Part shown: one piece after another, positions 29,407 to 39,560 of the stretch
How positions within the stretch are numbered: position 1 is the first letter of the stretch
How the letters are laid out: each line of letters starts with the position of its first letter
Assembly (NCBI GenBank): GCA_963665295.1
Contig: OY762209.1
Span: forward strand, 1,632,001-1,696,000
Source of the DNA: Syntrophorhabdaceae bacterium
GTDB lineage: Bacteria > Desulfobacterota > Syntrophorhabdia > Syntrophorhabdales > Syntrophorhabdaceae
Reading direction: 5' to 3'
DNA length: 64,000 bases
Program-made: the position numbers and the translations under genes
Notes under the pieces: model-generated
Databases searched by the model: none
What the model was told of the DNA's origin: nothing
What the model saw: the letters and a program-made list of their open reading frames with translations, nothing else

Positions 29407-30369
29407 ATGAAAACTCTGAGAACCGATTCGTGGCATGTCTTTCCCGCTTTTCCGATCACTGCCCTCGCGGTGATCCTCGCGATAATCCTCCTCTCTCCCC
29501 TGACATCGGTCGCCGACAGCCCGTCGCCCGCCGGGACGCCTGTTCTCTGGCCTTCCCGCATGGATGGGTGGAAGATTGCGGAAGGACCCGTAGTTTATGA
29601 CCGGAAGTCGGCTTATACCTATATGGACGGGTCGGCGGAGTTGTTCATCGCCTTCAACATGGAGACGGTGACTGTGGTGAGGTACGAGTCGGCGGGGCGG
29701 CCCGCGATTGTTCTGGAGGTCTACCGGATGGGCTCCACGGACGACGCCTATGGCCTTTTTACCTTCGAGAGCGACGATCCCGCAGCGGGGATAGGCCAGG
29801 GGTCGGAATTCGGGGGCGGTCTCCTCCGGTTTTATAAAGGATATTATTTCGTGAGCGTGTACGGGGATGGCACGGGCGCGGACGTGGAGGCCGCGACTTT
29901 GAGTATTGGACGCTACGTGGCGGACGCCATCACGGAGACGGGTAAGAAGCCTGCGATCCTGGACCTTCTCCCGGACGGAGAAAGCCCTTACGTGAGGGCC
30001 GCGACGTGGCTGCTTCGGAGTCACATCCTCCTCAACCAGCGCTTTTCCGTCTCCAGGAAAAATATACTGAACCTCGCCGCTGATACGGAGGCGGTCCTTG
30101 CCCGGTATGAGAGCGGCAAGGAGAAGGTCCACCTCCTTCTCGTAAAGTATCCCGACAGGGCACGGGCGGATTCGGCCTTCTCGGGTTTCAAGGCGGAATA
30201 TGCACCTGACGGGGGAAGCTTCCCGAGGAAGACGGGGAACAATAAGTGGGTCGCCGCAGGGGCCTACGGCCGTTACGTTCTCGCAATATTCGATGCCCCC
30301 GATGAGACGTTTGCCACGAAAATGCTCAGGAATGCGGCCGCGCCGCTCGACAAGGAGGCACGACAATGA
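29407..30369 (+). CDS. DUF6599-like exported protein
   Basis: Signal peptide; YMDGSAELF and LEVYRMGSTDDAYGLFT motifs; overlaps the DUF362 gene start. Confidence 0.65.
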   Translation: MKTLRTDSWHVFPAFPITALAVILAIILLSPLTSVADSPSPAGTPVLWPSRMDGWKIAEGPVVYDRKSAYTYMDGSAELFIAFNMETVTVVRYESAGRPAIVLEVYRMGSTDDAYGLFTFESDDPAAGIGQGSEFGGGLLRFYKGYYFVSVYGDGTGADVEAATLSIGRYVADAITETGKKPAILDLLPDGESPYVRAATWLLRSHILLNQRFSVSRKNILNLAADTEAVLARYESGKEKVHLLLVKYPDRARADSAFSGFKAEYAPDGGSFPRKTGNNKWVAAGAYGRYVLAIFDAPDETFATKMLRNAAAPLDKEARQ

Positions 30370-31256
30370 AAGAAAAGAAAACGATCACCCGCCGCGATTT
30401 TCTTAAGGGGACCGCGGGCATCGCGTTGGGGGCCGCCCTTGGCCCCATGCTTCCCGGCTTCACCATGGCCCAGGCATCTCCCAGGGTAGTTCTCGTAAGG
30501 GATGCGGACGTGGTGGGCCCCGGCGGGGAGGTAAACGGGAAGATACTCGCGTCCATGCTCGACGAAGCGGTCCGCCTCGTGACCGGGGCGAAAGAGCCCC
30601 TTGACGGGTGGAAGGGCCTCTTCGGGAAATCCGACGTCGTAGGGGTTAAGACCAACGCCTGGCGCTACCTGTCCACCCCGAAAGAGATGGAAGAGGCCAT
30701 CCGGCGGCGCGTCATGGAGACGGGAGTGGAGGAGAAGAATATTGCGGTAGACGACAGGGGCATTCGCACCAACCCTGTGTTCATGAGGTCCACCGCCCTC
30801 GTCAACGTCCGTCCCGTGAGGACCCACCATTGGGCAGGGGTGGGGACGTGTCTCAAGAACTACATCATGTTCGTGCCTACCCCTTCGGAGTACCATCCCG
30901 ACGGATGCGCCGAGCTGGGCAGGGTATGGACCCTACCGGAAGTGAAAGGAAAGACCCGCCTCAACATACTCGTGGCCCTTACCCCTCAGTTTTACGGGAG
31001 GGGGGCGAACTTTTTCGACAGGCGATATGTCTGGTCTTACAAGGGCATAATCGTGGGCATCGACCCCGTGGCAGTCGACACGGTGGGCGCGGAGCTTCTG
31101 AAGCGAAAGCGGATTGCCCAATTCGGAGAGGACAGGGCCCTCGATGTGACACCCCACCATATAACGGTGGCGGACCGGAAGTACAGGCTCGGCGTGTCGG
31201 ATCTCAAGAAGATCGACCTTGTAAAAGTCGGCTGGAAGGAAGATATTCTCCTTTAG
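30366..31256 (+). CDS. DUF362 domain protein with Tat signal
   Basis: TRRDFLK twin-arginine motif; VGVKTN, GTCLKNY and DPVAVD motifs. Confidence 0.8.
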   Translation: MKEKKTITRRDFLKGTAGIALGAALGPMLPGFTMAQASPRVVLVRDADVVGPGGEVNGKILASMLDEAVRLVTGAKEPLDGWKGLFGKSDVVGVKTNAWRYLSTPKEMEEAIRRRVMETGVEEKNIAVDDRGIRTNPVFMRSTALVNVRPVRTHHWAGVGTCLKNYIMFVPTPSEYHPDGCAELGRVWTLPEVKGKTRLNILVALTPQFYGRGANFFDRRYVWSYKGIIVGIDPVAVDTVGAELLKRKRIAQFGEDRALDVTPHHITVADRKYRLGVSDLKKIDLVKVGWKEDILL

Positions 31257-31317
31257 GAAGGACAATTTTGTCCGGGGGCCGTCATGGGCTTCATTCCGGA
31301 AAGATGGGAGGTGCCTG

Positions 31318-33351
31318 ATGATTATAAACGATGCAATCGCACGGGCCATGTCCATAAGACTCGACGAGGTGGTGGGTGATCTTCCTCCTCCACCTTCTTT
31401 CAGGGAAGGGATCAGGAGGGCGCCCAAGCGGAACTTCACCCTTTCAAGGGAAGAGACGGTCCTCGCACTGAAGAACGCCCTCCGGTACGTGCCGGAAAAG
31501 TGGCACGGGGTCCTCGCGCCCGAATTCCTCGACGAGCTTCTTACAAGGGGCCGCGTGTACGCGTACCGGTTCAGGCCCGAGGGGGCCATCACGGGAAGGC
31601 CCGTCGAGACCTATTCCGGTAAGTGCATGGAAGGCAGGGCCTTCCAGGTAATGATCGACAACAATCTCGATTTCGACGTGGCCCTCTATCCCTACGAGCT
31701 CGTAACCTACGGGGAGACGGGGCAGGTCTGCCAGAACTGGCTTCAGTACCGCCTTATCAAGGCCTATCTCGAAGTCTTGACTACGGAGCAGACCCTCGTC
31801 GTCGAATCGGGCCATCCCCTTGGACTCTTCAGGTCGAACGAAAACGCCCCCAGGGTGATAATCACGAACGCCCTCATGGTGGGGTGTTTTGACGACCAGG
31901 AGAACTGGAGCCGGGCCGCCCAACTGGGGGTGGCCAATTACGGCCAGATGACCGCGGGCGGGTGGATGTACATCGGGCCCCAGGGCATCGTCCACGGTAC
32001 TTATTCCACGGTCCTCAACGCGGCGCGCCTCATGTTCAACCTCCCTGATGACGCGGACATGAGGGGACATATCTTTGTCTCCTCCGGCCTGGGCGGCATG
32101 AGCGGGGCCCAGGGCAAGGCGGTGGAAATCGCGAACGGGGTGGCGATCATTGCCGAGGTGGACCCTTCAAGGATCGAGACGAGGCATTCCCAGGGTTGGA
32201 TCGGCGAGGTGGTGGAAATGCCCGCCGAGGCATTCCGGATTGCAAAAGAGTACCAGACGGGAAAGAGTAAAGGGTCCATCGCCTTCTACGGCAACATAGT
32301 GGACCTTCTCGAATACGCGGTGGAGAACCGTGTGGCCATCGACCTTCTCTCGGATCAGACCTCGTGCCACGCGGCCTACGACGGGGGATACTGCCCCCAG
32401 GGGCTCACCTTCGACGAAAGGACGGACCTTCTGGGCAGGGACCATGACAGGTTCAAGGAAATGGTGGTCCGGTCCCTCAAGACCCACTATCGCCATATCA
32501 AGACCCTTGTGGAGCGGGGCACGTATTTCTTCGACTATGGGAACAGCTTCCTCAAGGCCATATACGACGCGGGCGTCACGGAGATATGCAGGAACGGGAG
32601 GGATGCGACGGACGGTTTCGTATTCCCCTCCTATGTGGAAGACATTATGGGACCCCTCCTTTTCGACCTCGGGTACGGGCCGTTCCGGTGGGTAGCCTTG
32701 AGTGGGTCACCCGTTGACCTTGAGAAGACCGACAAAGCGGCCATGTCGTGCATTGACCCCGGCAGGAGATTCCAGGACCGGGACAACCACGCGTGGATAA
32801 GGGATGCCGTCAAGAACAGGCTCGTGGTGGGCACCCAGGCGAGAATCCTCTACCAGGACGCGGAGGGGAGGATGAGGATAGCCCTCAAGTTCAACGAGAT
32901 GGTGAGGAACGGCGAGATAGGGCCCGTCATGCTGGGTCGCGATCACCACGATACGGGGGGCACGGACTCTCCCTTCAGGGAAACGGCGAACATCAGGGAC
33001 GGGAGCAACATTATGGCGGATATGGCTACCCAGTGTTTCGCGGGCAACGCGGCGCGGGGCATGAGTCTCGTCGCCCTTCACAACGGGGGCGGCGTAGGCA
33101 TCGGCAAGGCGATCAACGGCGGGTTCGGCCTCGTCCTCGACGGGAGCGCGCGGGTGGACCGGGTAATCCGGGAAGCCATCCCCTGGGATGTGATGGGCGG
33201 TGTGGCGAGGAGGGCCTGGGCCCGCAACCCCGGGTCCATCGAGACGGCCATGGCGTATAACGAGGCCATGAAAGGGTCCGACCATATCACCCTTCCCTAC
33301 CTGGCGGACGAGGGGGCGCTCGCACGCCTCGTGGACAAGTTTATGCCGTGA
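31318..33351 (+). CDS. hutU: urocanate hydratase (long form)
   Basis: YGQMTAGGWMYIGPQGIVHGT, GLGGMSGAQ, DQTSCH, GRDHHD and HNGGGVG motifs. Confidence 0.96.
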   Translation: MIINDAIARAMSIRLDEVVGDLPPPPSFREGIRRAPKRNFTLSREETVLALKNALRYVPEKWHGVLAPEFLDELLTRGRVYAYRFRPEGAITGRPVETYSGKCMEGRAFQVMIDNNLDFDVALYPYELVTYGETGQVCQNWLQYRLIKAYLEVLTTEQTLVVESGHPLGLFRSNENAPRVIITNALMVGCFDDQENWSRAAQLGVANYGQMTAGGWMYIGPQGIVHGTYSTVLNAARLMFNLPDDADMRGHIFVSSGLGGMSGAQGKAVEIANGVAIIAEVDPSRIETRHSQGWIGEVVEMPAEAFRIAKEYQTGKSKGSIAFYGNIVDLLEYAVENRVAIDLLSDQTSCHAAYDGGYCPQGLTFDERTDLLGRDHDRFKEMVVRSLKTHYRHIKTLVERGTYFFDYGNSFLKAIYDAGVTEICRNGRDATDGFVFPSYVEDIMGPLLFDLGYGPFRWVALSGSPVDLEKTDKAAMSCIDPGRRFQDRDNHAWIRDAVKNRLVVGTQARILYQDAEGRMRIALKFNEMVRNGEIGPVMLGRDHHDTGGTDSPFRETANIRDGSNIMADMATQCFAGNAARGMSLVALHNGGGVGIGKAINGGFGLVLDGSARVDRVIREAIPWDVMGGVARRAWARNPGSIETAMAYNEAMKGSDHITLPYLADEGALARLVDKFMP

Positions 33352-33469
33352 TTACGGGGGGACGCGACGGCGCCCGAGGGAAAGCCAAATTTATATTTAC
33401 CTATGTAGGGCGTAATGTATAGTAGAAACTGAAGCAGGATTTCCTTTGGTTGTGTAAGAGAGGCGGAGG

Positions 33470-34366
33470 ATGAAAAAGATCGTCGAATGTGTGCCCAATT
33501 TCAGTGAAGGCAGGGATGGAGAGAAGATAGAGCGCATACTCTCGTCTTTCCGGGGGAAGGATGGAGTGAGACTCCTCGACTTTCAGAGGGACGCGGACCA
33601 TAACAGGCTCGTGGTCACCGTGGTGGGGGAACCGGAAAGGGTGAGGGACGCGGTGGTGTCCGCAGTGGGCACGGCCATCGAGGTGATCGATATGCGCGGC
33701 CACAAGGGGCAGCACCCGAGAATGGGGGCAGTGGACGTGATCCCCTTTATCCCGGTGAAGGACGTGTCGGTAGAAGAGGCCGTTGCCCTTTCGAAAACAG
33801 TTGCGGCGGCGTTGTGGGAAAAATACCGGCTTCCCGTTTTCCTCTATGAGGCATCGGCCGTGCATGCGGACAGGAAGGACCTCGCGAACATCCGTAAAGG
33901 ACAATTCGAGGGGATGGCGGAAAAGCTGAGACTCCCCGAATGGGAGCCCGATTTCGGCGACAGGGTGCCCCACCCCACAGCGGGCGTGGTGGCGGTAGGA
34001 GCCAGGATGCCCCTCATCGCCTTCAACGTGAACCTCGACACGGACAACCTGGAGACGGCCAACGCCATTGCAAGGGCGGTGCGCCATATCAGCGGGGGGC
34101 TCAGGTACTGCAAGGCCATCGGGGTTGACCTGAAAGAGAGACGCATCACCCAGGTTTCCATGAACATGACGGATTTCACGAAGACGCCCCTTTACAGGGC
34201 CTTCGAACTGGTCCGCATCGAGGCGAAGCGGTACGGGGTCAACGTGGTGGGAAGCGAGATAGTGGGGCTCGTTCCCATGGCCGCCCTCATGGACACGGCG
34301 GCATACTACATGGGTATCGAGAATTTTACCGTGGAACAGGTGCTCGAAGCGCGGGTCGTGGAGTAA
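33470..34366 (+). CDS. ftcD: glutamate formimidoyltransferase
   Basis: ECVPNFSEGR, DADHNR and HPRMGAVDVIPF motifs. Confidence 0.95.
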   Translation: MKKIVECVPNFSEGRDGEKIERILSSFRGKDGVRLLDFQRDADHNRLVVTVVGEPERVRDAVVSAVGTAIEVIDMRGHKGQHPRMGAVDVIPFIPVKDVSVEEAVALSKTVAAALWEKYRLPVFLYEASAVHADRKDLANIRKGQFEGMAEKLRLPEWEPDFGDRVPHPTAGVVAVGARMPLIAFNVNLDTDNLETANAIARAVRHISGGLRYCKAIGVDLKERRITQVSMNMTDFTKTPLYRAFELVRIEAKRYGVNVVGSEIVGLVPMAALMDTAAYYMGIENFTVEQVLEARVVE

Positions 34367-34368
34367 GG

Positions 34369-35637
34369 GTGGACGGGAATATAATCGTAAGAAACGCTTC
34401 GGAGCTTGTTACGGTAAGGGGCGAAGCGCCCAAAAAGGGGAGCGCCATGTCGGACCTCGGGATCATTCCTGACGGGGCGCTCGTCATAGAGAAGGGCGTC
34501 ATAGCGCGGGTAGGAGAGACCGACGAGGTGATGCGCGGCCTCGACACGGCAGCCTTCACTGTTATCGATGCCTCGGGAAAGGCGGTCCTTCCCGGGTTCA
34601 TAGACGCCCATACCCATTTCATCTTCGGCGGGTACAGGGCGGAGGAATTCTCCTGGCGTATCCGTGGTGAGAGCTACATGGAGATCATGAAGCGGGGCGG
34701 CGGCATCGTGAATTCGGTGCGGGCCACCAGGGACGCGACAAGAGAGGAACTCCTGCAGTCGGGAAGGGAAAGGCTCGACAGGATGCTCTCCTTCGGGGTC
34801 ACCACTGTTGAGGGTAAGAGCGGATACGGGCTCGATCATGATACGGAGCTTAAGCAGCTGGAAGTCATGAAGGAGCTTGATGCCCGGCACCCTGTCGATG
34901 TGGCGGTCACTTTCCTCGGCGCCCACGCGGTGCCCCCGGAATATGCAGGCAAGGGCGACGGGTTCATCGATTACCTGATAACCGGCGTGCTGCCCGACGT
35001 GGCGCGTCTCAAGCTCGCCGAATTTGCGGATGTCTTTTGCGAGCGGGGGGTCTTCTCCGTCTCGCAGTCGAGGAGATTTCTCGAAGCCGCGTCATCTTCG
35101 GGGTTGAAGCTGAAGATACACGCGGATGAGATGACTACCCTCGGGGGAGCGGAGCTGGCGGCGGATCTGAAGGCCGTGTCGGCGGACCACCTCCTCCACG
35201 CGTCCGACGCAGGGATAGAGGACTTAAGCCGGACGGGCGTAGTGGCCGTGCTTCTTCCTGCGACGGCGTTCAGCCTGAAAGAGCCCTACGCAAGGGGCCG
35301 GTTCATGATCGACAGGGGGTGCGCCGTTGCCCTCGCCACGGATTTCAACCCCGGAAGCTGTTTCTCCGAGTCCATCCCCCTCATATTTGCCCTTGCCACC
35401 CTTTACATGGGCATGACGCCCGAAGAGGCGGTCTCGGCCCTTACCGTGAACGGGGCGGCGGCTCTGGGACGGGCGGAGAAGATCGGCAGCCTCGAGGTCG
35501 GCAAGGCAGGGGACGCGGTGGTCCTCGAATTCCCCTCCTACCTGTACATTCCCTATCACATAGGAGTGAACAGCGTGGAAATGGTCATAAAAAACGGCAA
35601 CGTAGCAGTAGACAGAAAAAGGGCGGGTGAAAGATGA
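34369..35637 (+). CDS. hutI: imidazolonepropionase
   Basis: PGFIDAHTH, EGKSGYGL, SADHL and ATDFNPG motifs; GTG start. Confidence 0.95.
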   Translation: MDGNIIVRNASELVTVRGEAPKKGSAMSDLGIIPDGALVIEKGVIARVGETDEVMRGLDTAAFTVIDASGKAVLPGFIDAHTHFIFGGYRAEEFSWRIRGESYMEIMKRGGGIVNSVRATRDATREELLQSGRERLDRMLSFGVTTVEGKSGYGLDHDTELKQLEVMKELDARHPVDVAVTFLGAHAVPPEYAGKGDGFIDYLITGVLPDVARLKLAEFADVFCERGVFSVSQSRRFLEAASSSGLKLKIHADEMTTLGGAELAADLKAVSADHLLHASDAGIEDLSRTGVVAVLLPATAFSLKEPYARGRFMIDRGCAVALATDFNPGSCFSESIPLIFALATLYMGMTPEEAVSALTVNGAAALGRAEKIGSLEVGKAGDAVVLEFPSYLYIPYHIGVNSVEMVIKNGNVAVDRKRAGER

Positions 35638-36272
35638 TGCTTACAGCGTTGACGGTACGCGATTTTCTGGAACAGGTTGCATCAGGGGAGCCCGTGCCCG
35701 GTGGAGGAAGCGTTGCGGCCCTTGCCGCGGCCCTTTCCGCAGGCCTTTCGGGCATGGTGGCACGCCTTACCCTCGGAAAAAAGGATGACCCGGCCCTGGA
35801 CGAAAGGATGTCCTCCCTCATGGGGACGGCCTCCCGGCTCATGACGCGCCTTGCGGGGGATATTGACTGGGACGCCGCGGCGTACAGTGCGGTCATGGAC
35901 GCATACGGAATGCCGAAGGGCACGGAAGAGGAAAAAGCGATCCGCGTGGAGACGATCCAGAAGGCCCTCGCAGAGGCGGCCCGGGTGCCCCTTTCCGTGG
36001 CGGAGGCGGGCTTTTACCTTCTCACCCTTGCCGAGGCCGTGGTGAGGGAAGGCAACCCGAACGCGGTGACGGACGGACTGACCGCGGCCCTCATGGCGCG
36101 TTCCGCCGTGCTCGCTGCCCTCTTCAACGTGAGGATAAACCTCTCATCCATCAAGGACAGGGAACTCGTGGCCCGGATGACGGCGAAGGCTGAAATCCTT
36201 GAAAGGAATACGGCGGAAAAGGAAAAGGAGATCATCGAACTCGGCCGGTCCATGATGGCAAGACCGGCGTAA
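35634..36272 (+). CDS. formiminotetrahydrofolate cyclodeaminase/cyclohydrolase family protein
   Basis: PVPGGGSVAA, GNPNAVTD and NVRINL motifs (FTCD C-terminal domain). Confidence 0.9.
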   Translation: MMLTALTVRDFLEQVASGEPVPGGGSVAALAAALSAGLSGMVARLTLGKKDDPALDERMSSLMGTASRLMTRLAGDIDWDAAAYSAVMDAYGMPKGTEEEKAIRVETIQKALAEAARVPLSVAEAGFYLLTLAEAVVREGNPNAVTDGLTAALMARSAVLAALFNVRINLSSIKDRELVARMTAKAEILERNTAEKEKEIIELGRSMMARPA

Positions 36273-36281
36273 GGAGTATCC

Positions 36282-37148
36282 ATGCGTTTGTTCATCGAAC
36301 AGTTGTTGAACGGCATTGCCATGGGTTCCATTTATGCCCTTGTGACCCTCGGCCTTGCCCTTGTGTACGGGATTATGAGGATACTCCACGTGGCCCATGC
36401 GGCGGTATTCATGGTGGGGGCTTATGCGGGCCTTCTCATTTTTAATCTTACGGGGAGCCTTACCCTCGCGTTTCTCGGGTCCATGGCCATATGCGCGGTC
36501 ATCGGGGTGCTCATAGAGCGGTTCATCTACTTCCCCCTCATGAAATATCCTCCCTACGTGCCCCTTATCGGGAGCATCGCCGTCATGCTCTCCCTCGAAG
36601 AGGTAATGAGACTCATCGCCGGGCCCTATATCCTTACGTTCCCCGCGAAACTCCCCTTCCCCGACCTTAACATGGGCGGCATCACCGTATCGTCCACATT
36701 GCTCGCTGTCTACGCCATTACCGCGCTGGTGCTCCTCGTGCTCTGGTACATCACCACCCGCACGGAACTGGGCCTCGCCATGCGGGCCACCTCCCAGGAT
36801 ATCGCCATCTCCGGGACCATGGGCATCAACAGCCACAAGATCATATCCATTACCTTTGTCATAGGCTCCTCCATTGCCTCTATCGCGGGCATCCTCGTGG
36901 GCATCTACTATAACCAGGTATATCCGACCATGGGGACCGTTCCCGCGTACAAGACGCTGGCCCTCATCGTGGTGGGCGGCTTGGGGTCCGTGCCGGGGGC
37001 GGTGATTGCGTCGCTCCTTTTGGGCGTGTCGGAAACGCTCCTCATCGGTTATGCGAACATCCCCCTTCCCAGGGACGCCCTGGCCTTTATCGCCATGATA
37101 GGCGTCCTCATGTGGCGTTCCGAGGGACTCCTCGGCTCGTCGAGATAG
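36282..37148 (+). CDS. livH: HAAT/branched-chain amino acid ABC permease
   Basis: NGIAMGSIYALVTLGL, LGLAMRATSQD and VGGLGS motifs. Confidence 0.9.
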   Translation: MRLFIEQLLNGIAMGSIYALVTLGLALVYGIMRILHVAHAAVFMVGAYAGLLIFNLTGSLTLAFLGSMAICAVIGVLIERFIYFPLMKYPPYVPLIGSIAVMLSLEEVMRLIAGPYILTFPAKLPFPDLNMGGITVSSTLLAVYAITALVLLVLWYITTRTELGLAMRATSQDIAISGTMGINSHKIISITFVIGSSIASIAGILVGIYYNQVYPTMGTVPAYKTLALIVVGGLGSVPGAVIASLLLGVSETLLIGYANIPLPRDALAFIAMIGVLMWRSEGLLGSSR

Positions 37149-37157
37149 GGGGCGCCC

Positions 37158-38042
37158 ATGAGCTCTTATGCCATAACCATCGGAACCATCCTGGCCATAC
37201 AGGCAATCGCCGTGTGCGGCCTCAACGTGATTGTCGGATACGCGGGCCAGATCTCCCTCGGCCACGCGGCCTTTTTCGGGATAGGGGCATACAGCGCCGC
37301 CATACTCTCCACAAAGCTGGGGTTTTCCTTCTGGACCGCCCTGCCGCTCGTGATAGGGATCAGTGTGCTCATAGGTTTCCTCCTCGGCCTCCCCAGCATC
37401 AGGGTGAGGGAGGATTTCCTCGCCATCACCACCATCGGCATCAACTTCATCGTGGAAGCGGTGTTCCGTTATGTTCCCTTCTTCGGCGGCGCCCTGGGCA
37501 TCGGCGGCATCCCGCGGATCGTCTTCTTCGGCGTGAGGTTGAAGGGGTTGGCCTTTTTCTTTCTCTGCCTCGGTTTTCTCGCCGTGACCCTCCTCGTCTG
37601 CTGGTGGCTTACCAGGAGTTGGGCGAGCCTCGCGTGTTATGCGATCAGAGAGGAGGAGACGGCTGCCTCCGCCATGGGCATTTCTCCCGTCCGGTTCAAG
37701 CTCCTCTCCTTTGTCATAGGTACGGCCATGGCGGGGCTCGCGGGCGCTCTTTACGCCCACTACATGCAGTTCATCAGCGCCGGTGACTTCTCTTTTCCTG
37801 TTTCCGTCATGCTCTTGAGTATGCTCGTCCTCGGGGGGATGGGGACCATATGGGGCCCTGTGGCGGGCACCCTGATCCTCGGCGTGCTCCCGGAGCTTTT
37901 CCGGCCTCTCGTCGACTACAGGATATTCTTCTACACCGTGCTCCTTCTCCTGGTGATACGTTTCCAGCCGGGCGGGCTCTTAGGTGAGGAAAGCGCCATG
38001 CGCCGGGTCCTCGCGCCCATCTTGAGGGGAGGGAGAAAATGA
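37158..38042 (+). CDS. livM: HAAT ABC permease
   Basis: GYAGQISLGHAAFFGIGAY, AIREEETAA and LGGMGT motifs. Confidence 0.9.
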   Translation: MSSYAITIGTILAIQAIAVCGLNVIVGYAGQISLGHAAFFGIGAYSAAILSTKLGFSFWTALPLVIGISVLIGFLLGLPSIRVREDFLAITTIGINFIVEAVFRYVPFFGGALGIGGIPRIVFFGVRLKGLAFFFLCLGFLAVTLLVCWWLTRSWASLACYAIREEETAASAMGISPVRFKLLSFVIGTAMAGLAGALYAHYMQFISAGDFSFPVSVMLLSMLVLGGMGTIWGPVAGTLILGVLPELFRPLVDYRIFFYTVLLLLVIRFQPGGLLGEESAMRRVLAPILRGGRK

Positions 38043-38806
38043 CGGAGCCTCTCCTTTCTCTAAAAGGTGTCTCCAAATATTTCGGGGGCCTGAAGGCCGT
38101 GGACGGGGTCGATTTCGATGTCATCCCCGGCGAGATCATGGGCATCCTGGGACCGAACGGCGCGGGCAAGACGGTGCTCTTCAATCTCATCTCCGGCGTA
38201 TACGAGCCGACGGCCGGGGAGATACGGCTTAAGGGCGTGAAGATCGGAGGCCTTCCTGCCCACGTGGTGGCCCGGGCAGGCATAGGGAGAACATTCCAGG
38301 TGGTGAAGCCCTTCGCATCGCTCACCGTCCTCCAGAATGTGCTCGTGGCCGAAGGGATTACCCGGTACGACCACCTCGCAAAGGTCTGGGCGCCCTGGGG
38401 CTCGAAGCCGGAGATAAGAGCGGCCATGGAAATCCTTGAAAAGGTGGGCCTCGCGGAGTTGGCCCACAGAAAGGCGGGCCTTTTGCCCCTCGGGAACCTG
38501 AGACGTCTCGAAATCGCCCGGGCCCTGGTGGTGGGCCGCACGCTCGTCCTCCTGGACGAGTCCTTTTCGGGCCTCAGGCATGAAGAAATCGGCAAACTCG
38601 AAGCCCTGATCCGCCGGATAAGAGACGAGGGACGCACCGTCATCTTGATCGAACATAATATGCGTGTTACCATGGGCCTTTGCGACCGCATCGTGGTCCT
38701 CGACCATGGGAGGAAGATCGCCGAAGGCCCTCCCCGGACGATCCAGGAGGACGAGACGGTGATTGAAGCATATCTCGGCAGGAAGGGGACAAAGTATGCT
38801 CCTTGA
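38039..38806 (+). CDS. livG: HAAT ABC ATP-binding protein
   Basis: FGGLKAV, GPNGAGKT, GIGRTFQ, LLDE and VIEAYLG motifs. Confidence 0.92.
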   Translation: MTEPLLSLKGVSKYFGGLKAVDGVDFDVIPGEIMGILGPNGAGKTVLFNLISGVYEPTAGEIRLKGVKIGGLPAHVVARAGIGRTFQVVKPFASLTVLQNVLVAEGITRYDHLAKVWAPWGSKPEIRAAMEILEKVGLAELAHRKAGLLPLGNLRRLEIARALVVGRTLVLLDESFSGLRHEEIGKLEALIRRIRDEGRTVILIEHNMRVTMGLCDRIVVLDHGRKIAEGPPRTIQEDETVIEAYLGRKGTKYAP

Positions 38807-39506
38807 CGTACAAGACATCCACATTGCCTATGGCGACATCGAGGCCGTGTCCGGGGTGAGTTTCCATCTTGAAAAGGGAGAGCTCATCTCCGTTATCGGC
38901 GCGAACGGTGCGGGCAAGACCTCCATTCTGGGGAGTGTCATGGGCATTCTCCCTGTCAGGAAGGGATCGGTCTTCTTCAAGGGCCGGGATATTACGGGCC
39001 TGCCTTCCCACGAGCGGGCGAGGCTGGGCATACGGATGGTCCCTGAGCGTTCCCGCGTGTTCCCCCGCCTTACGGTGTACGAAAACCTTCTTACCGGCGT
39101 GTACGGGCTCCGGAAAAAGATGCCCGTGGCCGGACGCATACAATGGCTCTACGGGATTTTTCCTATTCTCGAGGAACGGCGGGACCAGCTTGCCCGGACC
39201 CTTTCGGGGGGCGAGCAGCAGCAGTTGTCCATAGCCCGTGCCCTCATATCCGACCCGGAGCTTCTTCTCGTGGACGAGGTATCCATGGGCTTAAGCCCCA
39301 TGCTCGTGGAGCAGGTCTTCGGGGTTCTCGAACAACTGAACCGCGAGCATGGACTCACCATCCTCCTCGTGGAGCAGAACGCCTTTGCGTCCCTCTCCAT
39401 TTCCGGGCGCGGGTACGTGCTGGAGACGGGGACGTGCGCCCTTTCGGGGAGTGCGGCGGAGCTTCTCGACAACCCTCAGGTGAAAGAGGTGTACCTCGGC
39501 AATTAA
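38796..39506 (+). CDS. livF: HAAT ABC ATP-binding protein
   Basis: GANGAGKT, LSGGEQQ and LLVEQN motifs. Confidence 0.92.
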   Translation: MLLDVQDIHIAYGDIEAVSGVSFHLEKGELISVIGANGAGKTSILGSVMGILPVRKGSVFFKGRDITGLPSHERARLGIRMVPERSRVFPRLTVYENLLTGVYGLRKKMPVAGRIQWLYGIFPILEERRDQLARTLSGGEQQQLSIARALISDPELLLVDEVSMGLSPMLVEQVFGVLEQLNREHGLTILLVEQNAFASLSISGRGYVLETGTCALSGSAAELLDNPQVKEVYLGN

Positions 39507-39560
39507 GGCGGGGCGGAAATAGATGGAAGTCAACACAAATACTTACTGGAGGTGCTGCAC

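Noticed and set aside
36144..37760. 538-aa minus-strand ORF (similar cases at 41976-43367, 23054-24271, 51133-52371)
   Set aside because: Antisense to well-supported genes, with no independent motifs
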